A stretch of DNA of 64,000 bases from Desulfobulbaceae bacterium (lineage in GTDB: Bacteria; Desulfobacterota; Desulfobulbia; Desulfobulbales; Desulfocapsaceae), in the NCBI GenBank assembly GCA_024227155.1, contig JAAELB010000346.1, positions 9,065 to 73,064 on the forward strand, in the 5' to 3' direction. The position numbers and the translations under genes were made by a program. The notes under the pieces are model-generated. The model was not told the DNA's origin, ran no database searches, and saw nothing but the letters and a program-made list of their open reading frames with translations. Shown piece by piece: positions 50,288 through 60,024 of the stretch; within the stretch, counting starts at the first letter, position 1, and each line of letters begins with the position of its first letter.

Positions 50288-50995
50288 ATGAAGGTATCAA
50301 ATCCCCAGACTCCACAGGAAACCATGATAGAAATGATCAAGGTTTCTAAGGCGTACCCGGCAGACGTCGTCGCCCTGAAAGACATATCTGTCTCCATTGG
50401 TACCGGTGAATTGTTTTTCATAATCGGCATGAGTGGTGCCGGCAAAACAACGTTACTCAAACTTTTATGTAGTATGGAACTTCCCACTAATGGCCTCATT
50501 GAGATCGGCGGTCAGGCGATCAATCAGCTTAAGGGCAACAAGCTCGCTAAACTCAGGCAAAAAATAGGTGTTGCCTATCAGGATTTCAAATTGCTCACAG
50601 ACAGGACCGCCGCTGAGAATATTGCTATATCAATGGAAGTATCCTACAAAAAACCCCAGCTGATAAAAAAACGAGTCCGGGATCTGCTCGATCAGCTCGA
50701 CCTCACAGATAAGCATGATGCGATAACAGGTGAACTCTCAAGAGGTGAACAGCAACGAGTAACACTTGCCAGGGCAATCGCCAATTCCCCCACTATGATT
50801 TTGGTTGATGAACCAACCGGCAACCTGGATGCCACAACGACTGAGCGTGTTATGAAACTGCTTGGCAATTGCAATAAGGCAGGAGCGACTATTGTCATTG
50901 CAACTCACGATGATTCAATATATCGTAATACGCCATATCGAGTCATGGAACTACGCAAAGGTGAGTTATATGGTATGACCGGAGAGCGACAATGA
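50288..50995 (+). CDS. ftsE: Cell division ATP-binding protein FtsE
   Basis: GMSGAGKTT, QDFKLL, LSRGEQQRV, DEPTGNLD; upstream of ftsX. Confidence 0.92.
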   Translation: MKVSNPQTPQETMIEMIKVSKAYPADVVALKDISVSIGTGELFFIIGMSGAGKTTLLKLLCSMELPTNGLIEIGGQAINQLKGNKLAKLRQKIGVAYQDFKLLTDRTAAENIAISMEVSYKKPQLIKKRVRDLLDQLDLTDKHDAITGELSRGEQQRVTLARAIANSPTMILVDEPTGNLDATTTERVMKLLGNCNKAGATIVIATHDDSIYRNTPYRVMELRKGELYGMTGERQ

Positions 50996-51879
50996 GTTTC
51001 TGGTTTACCGTAATACGACAGGTAGGCAGAAATCTCAGGCAAACCTGGGGCTCTCAGCTTATGACGCTTTTGACCGTAAGTCTATCTGTTTTAATCTTCG
51101 CTTTTTTTTACCTCATCTACTCCAATATGCTCCACTTTGGAGATAAACTTGGTGATGATCTTAGCCTTATTGTTTACCTGGATGAGGAGCCGGAACCAGA
51201 ACTACAGCAGCAACTGATAAAAAAAATCACCAAATTTGACGAAGTGGAGTCTATTAAATTTATTTCAAAAACAGATGCTTATGAACGATTTACAGCTCAA
51301 CTTGGCAACAATCAAGACGTACTTGATGATATGCCCAGAGACTTTTTGCCGCCCTCAATTGAGGTTGTTCCCCTAAAAAATTTACGTAGTCTTAATCAAG
51401 TTAAACTCTTCTCATCCTATCTCGCTAAACTACCTGGTTCCATAAAGGTTCAATACGGGCAGGAATGGGTTGAAAAATTCTACTACTTTACTCGTTTACT
51501 CTCAATTGTTGTGCTACTCAGCGGTATATTGCTAATCCTCACTACTATTTTCATGGTGGCCTACACCATTCGTCTTACTATCCTGGGCAGACAGGACGAA
51601 CTGGAGCTGTTAAAACTTGTTGGCGCTACCAACAACTATATAAGAACACCATTCCTTCTAGAGGGCCTTCTCCAGGGAGTTATCGGTTCGACTATTGGCA
51701 TAGTTTCGCTTTATGCACTTTTTCAATGGTTTAAAATTCGTTTTTCCGGTCCCGGCTTTCTGGAATTATTTGAATTTTCTTTTTTCTCTCCGCTTGTAAG
51801 CCTGGTAATTATAGCAATCTCAATACTGCTATGCACGGTCGGCAGTTATTCGACTATGCATAAATTTCTTCGAATTTAA
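50992..51879 (+). CDS. ftsX: Cell division permease FtsX
   Basis: TIRLTI..R..E.ELLKLVGAT..YIRTPFLLEG motif. Confidence 0.93.
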   Translation: MSFWFTVIRQVGRNLRQTWGSQLMTLLTVSLSVLIFAFFYLIYSNMLHFGDKLGDDLSLIVYLDEEPEPELQQQLIKKITKFDEVESIKFISKTDAYERFTAQLGNNQDVLDDMPRDFLPPSIEVVPLKNLRSLNQVKLFSSYLAKLPGSIKVQYGQEWVEKFYYFTRLLSIVVLLSGILLILTTIFMVAYTIRLTILGRQDELELLKLVGATNNYIRTPFLLEGLLQGVIGSTIGIVSLYALFQWFKIRFSGPGFLELFEFSFFSPLVSLVIIAISILLCTVGSYSTMHKFLRI

Positions 51880-51903
51880 TAGCGACTTACACACTATACA
51901 CAG

Positions 51904-53160
51904 ATGCCTGGCAGATTACCTAATAACCCTAAATTCTCCTCCAGCTTCCTTCAATTTTTTTTATCAAAAGTGAAAATATTTGGGATAGTGGTCTTTTGTA
52001 GTCTAGTCTTTTTTCCTATCTTCTATCTCTATGCTGAAGAACCCAATAAAAACACCACTGCACAAAAGAATCTTGCCAGTTATCGCTCAAAGGTTAACCG
52101 TTTACAACAGGGCATAGTGGAGCAGGAACAAAAAATTACCGAGGATCAAGGCAAAGAGCAGAATATTCTAGCCGAACTTGAAAGACTAGACAAGGCGCTA
52201 GCAACGCAACAGAACAAACTTGATCATTTAGAAGTACAGATTGTAAAGCAACAACTTCTCATAGAGAGTGAAGAGGAAGAGTTAGCAACTATTAGAAAAA
52301 AAAGGAGTGGTGTACAGCAACATTTACAAAAACGCATAACTGCCTACTACACCATGGGAGACATCGGTCTTCTCAATGTTACCTTCTCCAGCAAAACCCT
52401 ACCGGAACTGCTCTCTTTCCACGATGCGTTTGACAGTCTTATCAAATATGACAAGGAAGTAATTCTTCAATATAAGAAAACCTTAGAGAGACAGGAACGA
52501 GCAAAAAATGCCTTGGAACTTGAAGAGTCCTTACTTGAAGAATTTCGCAGTCAGGCTCAATTAGAAAGAAAGTCTCTTGTGGCTACAAAGGTAAAAAAGC
52601 ATAACCTGTTGACCCATGTACGGACCCAGTCCAAATTGCGTGAACAGGCAATCTCTGAACTCCAGGATGCTTCTAAAAAACTTGTTAATTCGATAATATT
52701 GATCAAAAATAGAAATCAAATTTTAGAGAAAGGTTTTGTCACCAATAAGGGTAGTTTGCCACCACCAGTGGACGGAACCTTGATAACACTGTTTCAACAA
52801 CAAAAAACGAACAAGCTTGGTGTTGTAAAAAAATCGTCAGGCATTGAACTTCAGGCTCCGGATGGGACTGAGATAATAGCTGTGGGGGATGGCGAGGTTA
52901 TTTTTTGTGGGTATTTGCGTGGTTATGGTAATACAGTTATAATACACCATGGAGCTCAGCACTATACTGTTACATCAAGGATGGAAAAGATTATAGCCAA
53001 GAAAGGTCAGAGTGTTAAAAGAGAGGACGTAATTGGTGTTGTAGGTGACACTGCAACACTGTTTGATGAAGGACTTTACTTTGAAATACGCCATGGGCGA
53101 AAATCCTTAGATCCCCTGCTTTGGCTTAACCCAAACAGGCTTTCCTCCCTTCACGAGTGA
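51904..53160 (+). CDS. envC: Murein hydrolase activator EnvC (coiled coil plus degenerate M23)
   Basis: Long coiled coil, C-terminal GYLRGYGNTVIIHHG...LYFEIRH; ftsEX context. Confidence 0.88.
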   Translation: MPGRLPNNPKFSSSFLQFFLSKVKIFGIVVFCSLVFFPIFYLYAEEPNKNTTAQKNLASYRSKVNRLQQGIVEQEQKITEDQGKEQNILAELERLDKALATQQNKLDHLEVQIVKQQLLIESEEEELATIRKKRSGVQQHLQKRITAYYTMGDIGLLNVTFSSKTLPELLSFHDAFDSLIKYDKEVILQYKKTLERQERAKNALELEESLLEEFRSQAQLERKSLVATKVKKHNLLTHVRTQSKLREQAISELQDASKKLVNSIILIKNRNQILEKGFVTNKGSLPPPVDGTLITLFQQQKTNKLGVVKKSSGIELQAPDGTEIIAVGDGEVIFCGYLRGYGNTVIIHHGAQHYTVTSRMEKIIAKKGQSVKREDVIGVVGDTATLFDEGLYFEIRHGRKSLDPLLWLNPNRLSSLHE

Positions 53161-53331
53161 TTGCAGGAAAGAAAAGGTAAATCTTGGTATTAGTACTTTT
53201 CCCACCGAACATTGCATACAACAAAAGAAGAAAATTTGAGAGGATAGTGCAGCTTTAAAGTTTATATACCTGCAAAACAATGATAGTGGCTATCTCTTAA
53301 AAGTCGTCACTATTAACTCATTCACGCAACA

Positions 53332-54669
53332 TTGTCAGGATGTACAACCCATATGTTTACTCGTATTAAGTCAAAAAGTAGGTCTCCGTTTTTTGCATTC
53401 GTTTTCATAGCTCTTTTTTCAGCTTCAGCTTCAGCTGATATTTCTCAGGAACAGAGAACCGCTACATACAAACAACTTGAGATATTTTCCAACGTGTTAA
53501 GTATGCTGCAGGAAAATTATGTTGAAGAGATAGACACTAAGGAGGTACTAAATGGTGCAATCAAAGGACTGCTCTTCTCGCTCGATCCTCATTCTTCCTA
53601 CCTTCCTCCAGACAATTTCAAAGAATTACAGGAAGAAACCAAGGGTGCTTTTTCCGGTATTGGCATTGAAGTTACAATTAAAAACGATTTATTGACCATC
53701 GTCAGTCCCATTGCAGACACACCAGCTGACATTGCCGGATTAAAATCTAATGATATTATTGTTGAGATTGAGGGTGACAAGACCAAAAATATGGGACCAT
53801 ACGAAGCGATAAAAAAGCTTCGAGGCCCTGTGGGCAGTGAGGTGACACTATCCATTCATAGAAAGGGATGGGATGAGCTAAAACAATTCACACTTAAGAG
53901 AGAAATTATCCCCCTGCGCTCAGTTAAAGCAGAGGTTCTTTCTCCAGGAATGATCTACAGCAGAATTACCAACTTTCAGAGCCACACCTCCGGGGATTTC
54001 AAGGTCAGATTGGAAGAGTTAAGTAAAACCGATTCCATCCGCGGACTTATTCTTGATCTGCGAAATAATCCTGGTGGTCTGTTGCACCAAGCGGTGAATA
54101 TCGCTGACATCTTCCTCAATGAAGGTAAAATTGTCTACACCAGAGGACGAAGGGAAGATCAGAACAACACCTATTCTGCCCACAATAACAACCAGAATAA
54201 CAATTTCCCCCTTGTTGTTCTGGTAAACGAAGGATCAGCAAGTGCTGCAGAAATAGTAGCAGGGGCTATTCAGGCACATAAAAGAGGTATAATTGTAGGA
54301 ACCCAGACGTTTGGCAAGGGTTCCGTTCAAACTATTGTTCCTCTGCCCGATGGTGCCGGACTCAGGCTGACAACCGCAACCTATTATACACCTGATGATA
54401 GATCAATTCAGGCCACGGGGATCACGCCGGATGTTGAAGTGCCTTTTATCGCCTGTGTACAGAGTCCAAAAGAGACAGCGGAGAAAAGACGAGTCAAAGA
54501 AGCGGATCTTGCCAACCACCTGCCCGGCCAGCTTGAGAGTAAAAAAACCAGCAGTGATAGTAAAAAACTAGAAAAACGGCTATCAGAGGACAATCAACTG
54601 AGAACCGCTTTTAATATTCTTAAAAGTCTCAACCTATATTCAGAATTCAAGGAGGTCAGCTATAAATAA
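53332..54669 (+). CDS. ctpA: Carboxyl-terminal processing protease (S41)
   Basis: LDPHS, PDZ GIGIE, DLRNNPGG, SASAAEI, FGKGSVQ; ATG probably at 53353. Confidence 0.92.
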   Translation: MSGCTTHMFTRIKSKSRSPFFAFVFIALFSASASADISQEQRTATYKQLEIFSNVLSMLQENYVEEIDTKEVLNGAIKGLLFSLDPHSSYLPPDNFKELQEETKGAFSGIGIEVTIKNDLLTIVSPIADTPADIAGLKSNDIIVEIEGDKTKNMGPYEAIKKLRGPVGSEVTLSIHRKGWDELKQFTLKREIIPLRSVKAEVLSPGMIYSRITNFQSHTSGDFKVRLEELSKTDSIRGLILDLRNNPGGLLHQAVNIADIFLNEGKIVYTRGRREDQNNTYSAHNNNQNNNFPLVVLVNEGSASAAEIVAGAIQAHKRGIIVGTQTFGKGSVQTIVPLPDGAGLRLTTATYYTPDDRSIQATGITPDVEVPFIACVQSPKETAEKRRVKEADLANHLPGQLESKKTSSDSKKLEKRLSEDNQLRTAFNILKSLNLYSEFKEVSYK

Positions 54670-54673
54670 TTGC

Positions 54674-55588
54674 TTACATACCTAATTCCTTAAGAAATCG
54701 TTCATCCTGGGACCAGTTTTTTTTCACCTTCACCCACAATTTCAAAAGTACTTTTTCACCTATAAGAGTTTCAATATCTTTTCTCGCTGCAATCCCTATA
54801 CTTTTAAGCTTTTTACCACCCTTTCCTATGACGATGCCCTTTTGTGATTTTTTCTCAATGACAATGGATGCATGAATAGTAACGAGTTTTTTCTCCGGAT
54901 CTTCCTTAAATGATTCAACCAGCACCGCTGTTGAGTACGGTATTTCCTGGCCTGTAAGGAGAAAAACCTTCTCCCGGATTATCTCTCCACACAGAAATCT
55001 TTCTGTAGCATCGGTTGGGATATCCTCGGGGAAATACCTGGGTCCCAACGGGAGAAAATCGACAATTTCTTTAAGCAGCCCTTCAACCCCGTCTCCTTCC
55101 AGGGCAGAAGTTGGGATAACTGCCTTAAATGGAAAAAGTTTATTGTAGGCATCAATGAGGGGAAGAGTCTTTTTTCTATCAATTAGATCAACCTTATTCA
55201 GTATCATAATTGCCGGGCTTTTCAGCTTGGCCAGGTACTCCGCTACTTCAGCGTCTTTTTTCTCCTGGACTTTCTTGGGTAAAGGCAGGGAAACATCCAC
55301 TAAAAAAAGTACAAGATCGACGTCTGCGAGGCTATCCATCGCCACCCGCACCATCTCAATATTTAGTGGTTCTCTAGATTTATGCAACCCTGGGGTGTCA
55401 AGAAAAACCACCTGATAGTCAGTGTCATTCACAATACCAACAATTCTGTTGCGGGTTGTTTGGGGTTTGGGGGTGACAATAGAAATCTTTTGCCCAAGCA
55501 TATAATTCATGAGCGTTGATTTTCCGGCATTCGGTGGTCCAACAATAGCTACAAGGCCGGACTTAACAGGTTTTCCAAATAGATCCAT
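54674..55588 (-). CDS. era: GTPase Era
   Basis: GPPNAGKST, QTTR, DTPG, NKVD, EIPYS, KH domain VIGKGG. Confidence 0.97.
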   Translation of the reverse strand: MDLFGKPVKSGLVAIVGPPNAGKSTLMNYMLGQKISIVTPKPQTTRNRIVGIVNDTDYQVVFLDTPGLHKSREPLNIEMVRVAMDSLADVDLVLFLVDVSLPLPKKVQEKKDAEVAEYLAKLKSPAIMILNKVDLIDRKKTLPLIDAYNKLFPFKAVIPTSALEGDGVEGLLKEIVDFLPLGPRYFPEDIPTDATERFLCGEIIREKVFLLTGQEIPYSTAVLVESFKEDPEKKLVTIHASIVIEKKSQKGIVIGKGGKKLKSIGIAARKDIETLIGEKVLLKLWVKVKKNWSQDERFLKELGM

Positions 55589-55883
55589 AGCAAAAAAACA
55601 ATAATAATTTCATAAGATCAATAATAAGTGTGGGCAAAATTGCATTCCACACTATACTGTGACACGTTTTGTCCATTTACAATAGACAAACTAACAGGGA
55701 ACAAACTATAATACCACCTGAAGATATTGCTTACACTATTTCAGTTTTGTGCCAGTTGGCTGTATTCAGGTGTATTTACACGACATTACATGCATAATCC
55801 ATCAGCTCATTGGTTGTATTATCGATGAGCTGATATTGTATCCATAGCTTATTTAAGAATTAGAACCACTGTCAAAAGATAGA

Positions 55884-56026
55884 TGAGTTTGTTGATTTAA
55901 TAGCATTTTTGTTCAATATCGAGGCAAACAAAAAATTTTACCACAGGCATATAATTGATATTCCGAGGATAAAATTTTTGGCTTAACGAAGAGATTGGGC
56001 GAAAATGCATTAATTCAACGGGCTCA
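55884..56026. mobile_element. MITE family B, copy 3 (143 bp, TAGA TSD)
   Basis: TGAGTTTGTTGATTTAA...TTAATTCAACGGGCTCA; TAGA at 55880-55883 and 56027-56030; 18 bp upstream of the RNase II ATG. Confidence 0.9.
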
Positions 56027-56044
56027 TAGATACGACTACAACCG

Positions 56045-58048
56045 ATGATTGTTACCGGAAAACTAATAGAATATCTCGACAACGGTAAATTTATTTGTGC
56101 CTTGGTGACCGAGAGCCAGCCGAAGCGACTTCGCCTCATTAACCAGAATGGTCGTGAAGTGAATCTGCCGATATCCCGCGTTGTACACTGCTCGAGTTCA
56201 ACTCATCCTGTGGACCTGAGCCGTGAATCTCTCACACGACAGCTAAAAGACACCACTGAAAAGCGATTTTCTTTGATGGGCCGCGTTAATCTTGAGGAGA
56301 TATGGGAACTTACATCCGATGAAAGTTCCAACGTTTTCAGCCCTTCCTTCCTCGCGGAGTTAACATTTGGAGAGGAAGCAAGCGACAACACCGTCTCTGC
56401 CTTTCTACGCTGTGTATTTATCGACAAGCTCTTTTTTAAGTTCAAAGAAGGACAAGTCCTCGCTAATAGTGCTGAAAAAGTTGAACAACTGCAGATACAG
56501 CAGGAAAAAGAAGCGAAAAGGGAACAGCTCATAACTGATGGAAGCAATGCGCTTATCAACATTCAGAAAGAAGGATTTGAGCCATCCTCAATTACAAAGC
56601 TGCAGGTAGAGGTTCTCAATATAATAAAAGATTACTATCTCTTTGGTTCTGATTCTTCAGAAAGTGATGTCGCTCAAAAAATTCTAAAAAATGCTGGATT
56701 GCATGCCCAACATGGTCCATATCATCTTCTTGTTAAGGCTGGAATCTGGTCTCAAAATGAAAACATTCCGCTGTTACGTAACGAACTTCCTGTAAATTTT
56801 ACTTTGGCGGCGAGGCAGCAGGCGGAACATCTTTTACAAAGGGGTCAAGATGAACTTTTTGATGATCCCGGTAGAAAAGATTTCACGCATTTAGCTCCAA
56901 TCACCATTGATGGGCCCACCACCTTGGATTTTGACGATGCCTTAACCGTTGAAGAGCAGGACGGAAACTACCTCGTAGGTATACACATTTCTGATGTTGC
57001 CCACTATGTTTTACCAGGGGATCCTTTATTTTTAGAGGCAATGCGGCGAGGCACCTCTATCTATTTTCCCGAAGGCCAGATCCCTATGCTTCCGAGACAC
57101 CTGTCCCAGGGGATTTGCAGTCTCATTCAGGATGAAACCAGGGCAACTTTCAGCTTTATGATATTATTATCACCTGAAGCTGAAGTCCTCAGGGTGAGGA
57201 TCTTCCCTTCTATCATCAAAGTTAAGAGAAGACTTACCTATGAAGAAGTAGATAAAATGCTGGAGAGTGACAAAGAGATACGCCTTCTCAACATGCTCCG
57301 CAAAAAATTACGTGCAGCACGGCTTGAACAAGGTGCGCTTCTTCTACCTTTTCCTGATGTGAACGTATTTATCGATCACCATGGCAAGGTTCATGTTAAC
57401 CTGGCAAAAAGTGATACTCCCTCAAGAACCATCGTTTCTGAAATGATGATTCTTGCTAACCGGGAAGCTGCAAAATATGTAGCAGATCGTATGGTGCCTG
57501 GTCTTTTCAGGTCGCAGCCACCTCTGCAAAACAGAATAGTTTACGGAGAAGACGACGATCTCTTCCAAAACACCCTGCAACGTAAACATATGCCCCGGGG
57601 GGAACTGTCCGTCAACCCCAAACCACACTCAGGGCTTGGGGTTTCGTATTACTCCACCGTTACCTCTCCGATACGACGGCTACTTGATCTTGTTATGCAG
57701 CATCAGATTAACAGCATTGCCAGACGAAAAGAACCCTGCTTCACCGATGAAATGTGTAAGGATTTCACATCTGTCTTAAGCAGAGCCGTTAGTACAGCAA
57801 ATAATGTAAGGCAACAGAGGCAACGGTACTGGCTGCTCAAGTATCTTGCTGACCGGAAAGGGCAAAGCATAGATGCCCTCGTAATTCAGGCAGGTCCTAA
57901 GAGAGTCAACCTTTTACTTACCGATATCTTGATGGACATCGATCTTCCAACACCTGGTGGAAAGGGAGTAACTCCAAACACCACTGTCAAAGTGCGAATT
58001 GTGAAATCTGACCCACTCGACAATGTTGTCAGATTCGATTGGCAATAG
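56045..58048 (+). CDS. RNase II/R-family exoribonuclease (RNB domain)
   Basis: Intact active site TIDGPTTLDFDDAL, HISDV, EMMILAN, HSGLG..Y...TSPIRR. Confidence 0.92.
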   Translation: MIVTGKLIEYLDNGKFICALVTESQPKRLRLINQNGREVNLPISRVVHCSSSTHPVDLSRESLTRQLKDTTEKRFSLMGRVNLEEIWELTSDESSNVFSPSFLAELTFGEEASDNTVSAFLRCVFIDKLFFKFKEGQVLANSAEKVEQLQIQQEKEAKREQLITDGSNALINIQKEGFEPSSITKLQVEVLNIIKDYYLFGSDSSESDVAQKILKNAGLHAQHGPYHLLVKAGIWSQNENIPLLRNELPVNFTLAARQQAEHLLQRGQDELFDDPGRKDFTHLAPITIDGPTTLDFDDALTVEEQDGNYLVGIHISDVAHYVLPGDPLFLEAMRRGTSIYFPEGQIPMLPRHLSQGICSLIQDETRATFSFMILLSPEAEVLRVRIFPSIIKVKRRLTYEEVDKMLESDKEIRLLNMLRKKLRAARLEQGALLLPFPDVNVFIDHHGKVHVNLAKSDTPSRTIVSEMMILANREAAKYVADRMVPGLFRSQPPLQNRIVYGEDDDLFQNTLQRKHMPRGELSVNPKPHSGLGVSYYSTVTSPIRRLLDLVMQHQINSIARRKEPCFTDEMCKDFTSVLSRAVSTANNVRQQRQRYWLLKYLADRKGQSIDALVIQAGPKRVNLLLTDILMDIDLPTPGGKGVTPNTTVKVRIVKSDPLDNVVRFDWQ

Positions 58049-58095
58049 ACAGACTCCCAATGCCACCATGTATTTTGCAGTCAGCTACGTTCCAA

Positions 58096-58302
58096 TTAAC
58101 ATCCTTCTATCTGTTTTTCTTTTACGCTTTTAATTTTTATTTTACTTCCTGGGGCAAATTTCTTTGTTTTTTTGCCACAATCGATCAGCAAGAGATTGTC
58201 CTTAGTTTCTACAACTTCACATTTGGCACTTGCTGCAAACGATACAGTTGCTGAGATTGACAGATAGATAGACAAACTGATAATAACGAACATTTTTTTC
58301 AT
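58096..58302 (-). CDS. Small secreted protein ending in -IEGC (ExtJ-like)
   Basis: ATG 58302 after AAGGAG; signal peptide; Lys-rich beta-type mature region with three Cys and C-terminal EGC. Confidence 0.75.
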   Translation of the reverse strand: MKKMFVIISLSIYLSISATVSFAASAKCEVVETKDNLLLIDCGKKTKKFAPGSKIKIKSVKEKQIEGC

Positions 58303-58520
58303 AATAATCTCCTTTATTGTGTTAAATTTAACCACTTGTTGCTCAACTATAGACTACCAAGCCACTGTGGGTAGTGGATATCACCCAAAATCACCTCATA
58401 TCGACCCGACATCGAATACGGGGTGGCACTAAATACTTTTTAGATTAAATTGTTATAAAGTGAATATGGTCAGAATTTCTCAAACCTTGTTAAACATATA
58501 GACCAAATATCATTAGACGA

Positions 58521-59459
58521 ATGACAGAAAACTCCTTCCCTGGGCCAATGACAATGGTCAAGATTGACGGGACAAAAATAAAAAAATTGCGAGAGCAACA
58601 AGGCCTTACCCAACTCTATGTTGCCACCGCAGTAGATGTCACCACCGACACAATATCCCGGTGGGAAAATCGCAGATACCCTTCTATCAAAAAAGAAAAT
58701 GGATTAAAGCTTGCCGAAACTCTCAATGTCTCCCTTGATGACCTACTCGAGGTGGACAATGAATCTGAAAATGAGGAAAGTCGGACTAGTACGGAAATAG
58801 AACTTGGGGAGAAAGTTGAGCCATCAAAGATTAAGGGTCTTGGGAAGGTATGGCCGCTGCTCGTTTTGTCAGGGTGTCTGTTTGGAATTTTCTTGATATT
58901 TGGTTACTATTTTCTCGCTGCCCAAGATAACTCCGAACTTAACGCAATCCGTACTGCCCCCTCTCATTCTATCTCTGGACAACCAATTCCGGTAGTATTA
59001 CAAATTTCAGAAACCAGTGGCCAACCAACCGCAATGATTCTCAGAGAACTGCTTCCGAAAGATTCTGAAATAGTTCATACTTCACCACCAGCCACTGGAA
59101 AGAACCCGGCCAACAGAGAAATAAAATGGCTCGGGAAGATCAACAGTACAGCCACTTACTTTTATATTATCAGATTGCACGGTGTAGCTGGCCAGACCAT
59201 CCAATATAGTGGTTCAACCTCAATTTCAGATAACGAGAAAACATCCATAGGCGGTGTTACACAAACCTATCTGGGCAAGTATCACTGGGCCGATGAAGAT
59301 GAGGATAATATTATAAGTGATCAGGAAATTCTCCTTGTGTACGATAAATACAGTGACGTTTCCGGGCTGGATAAGGAAATTGATCTAGTTGAAGAAATCT
59401 GGCTTGGGTCTGGGTATAAATGGGAGTCGGATTCTGAAAACTTTGATATTTTAGATTAG
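58521..59459 (+). CDS. Membrane-anchored XRE-family transcriptional regulator with extracytoplasmic domain
   Basis: HTH IKKLREQQGLTQLYVA..VDVTTDTISRWE; one TM helix; beta-rich C-terminal domain and EF-hand-like DEDEDNIISDQE. Confidence 0.88.
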   Translation: MTENSFPGPMTMVKIDGTKIKKLREQQGLTQLYVATAVDVTTDTISRWENRRYPSIKKENGLKLAETLNVSLDDLLEVDNESENEESRTSTEIELGEKVEPSKIKGLGKVWPLLVLSGCLFGIFLIFGYYFLAAQDNSELNAIRTAPSHSISGQPIPVVLQISETSGQPTAMILRELLPKDSEIVHTSPPATGKNPANREIKWLGKINSTATYFYIIRLHGVAGQTIQYSGSTSISDNEKTSIGGVTQTYLGKYHWADEDEDNIISDQEILLVYDKYSDVSGLDKEIDLVEEIWLGSGYKWESDSENFDILD

Positions 59460-59536
59460 TACTGTTTTTCTTATCGTTTAAGGAGTCAAGAAATCAGCTG
59501 CGCCGCAAAAAAAACAGTTCCTTGGAGTTCTATTAG

Positions 59537-59971
59537 ATGAAAAAATATAACAATCACTCTCCACGAAGGCAATTGCTCCACAACCATACGAACATTGTCC
59601 TTTGCTTTCTATTATGTTTCTTCTTTGCAACAGCAAAGCTTGCCAATGGTGCAAACCTCGTTTCTGGAAAATACATTTCCACAAGCGGCAAAAACATAGT
59701 CTTACGTCTCAAGATAGGGAAACCCTGTCCATCAAACCTTATTGTAGAACAGTCTATCTCTTCAGGCAACAGTATCAAAAGTACCTCTCCTAAAGCCAGA
59801 AAAATAAATACAAAGGGAGGAACAACCAAGTGGCTTTTTAGAAACACCCAGCCGGGCAACCTGACTCTCACCACCGTGCTTGGCAAACCACTACAGGGCA
59901 ACGTCAGTTCTGTTGTGAGATACAGAGATCCCAAGAGTGGACAATTTACCGAGCAAAGAATTACACCCTGA
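59537..59971 (+). CDS. Secreted hypothetical protein, paralogous to the extracytoplasmic domain of the upstream regulator
   Basis: Signal-peptide-like N-terminus; SG..I.VL...P...I...TSP.A...N......KWL pattern shared with 58521..59459. Confidence 0.75.
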   Translation: MKKYNNHSPRRQLLHNHTNIVLCFLLCFFFATAKLANGANLVSGKYISTSGKNIVLRLKIGKPCPSNLIVEQSISSGNSIKSTSPKARKINTKGGTTKWLFRNTQPGNLTLTTVLGKPLQGNVSSVVRYRDPKSGQFTEQRITP

Positions 59972-59994
59972 CCACCGCCCTGCCATACCCTCCA

Positions 59995-60024
59995 TCCTGG
60001 AATGATTTACAGATCATTTCAGGA
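59995..60024. terminator. Hairpin after the XRE two-gene unit
   Basis: TCCTGGAATGAT-TTACAG-ATCATTTCAGGA; no clear U-tract. Confidence 0.4.

Noticed and set aside
55897-56139. 80-aa minus-strand ORF, and the 60-aa ORF at 25421-25603
   Set aside because: The first is read through MITE B and antisense to the RNase II gene; the second spans a terminator between two MITEs; no coding signature
58096-58104. Possible selenocysteine at the C-terminal GC motif
   Set aside because: Codons are GGA TGT TAA; no in-frame TGA
58424-58440. TGGCAC resembling a sigma54 -24 element upstream of the XRE gene
   Set aside because: No GC at the -12 position
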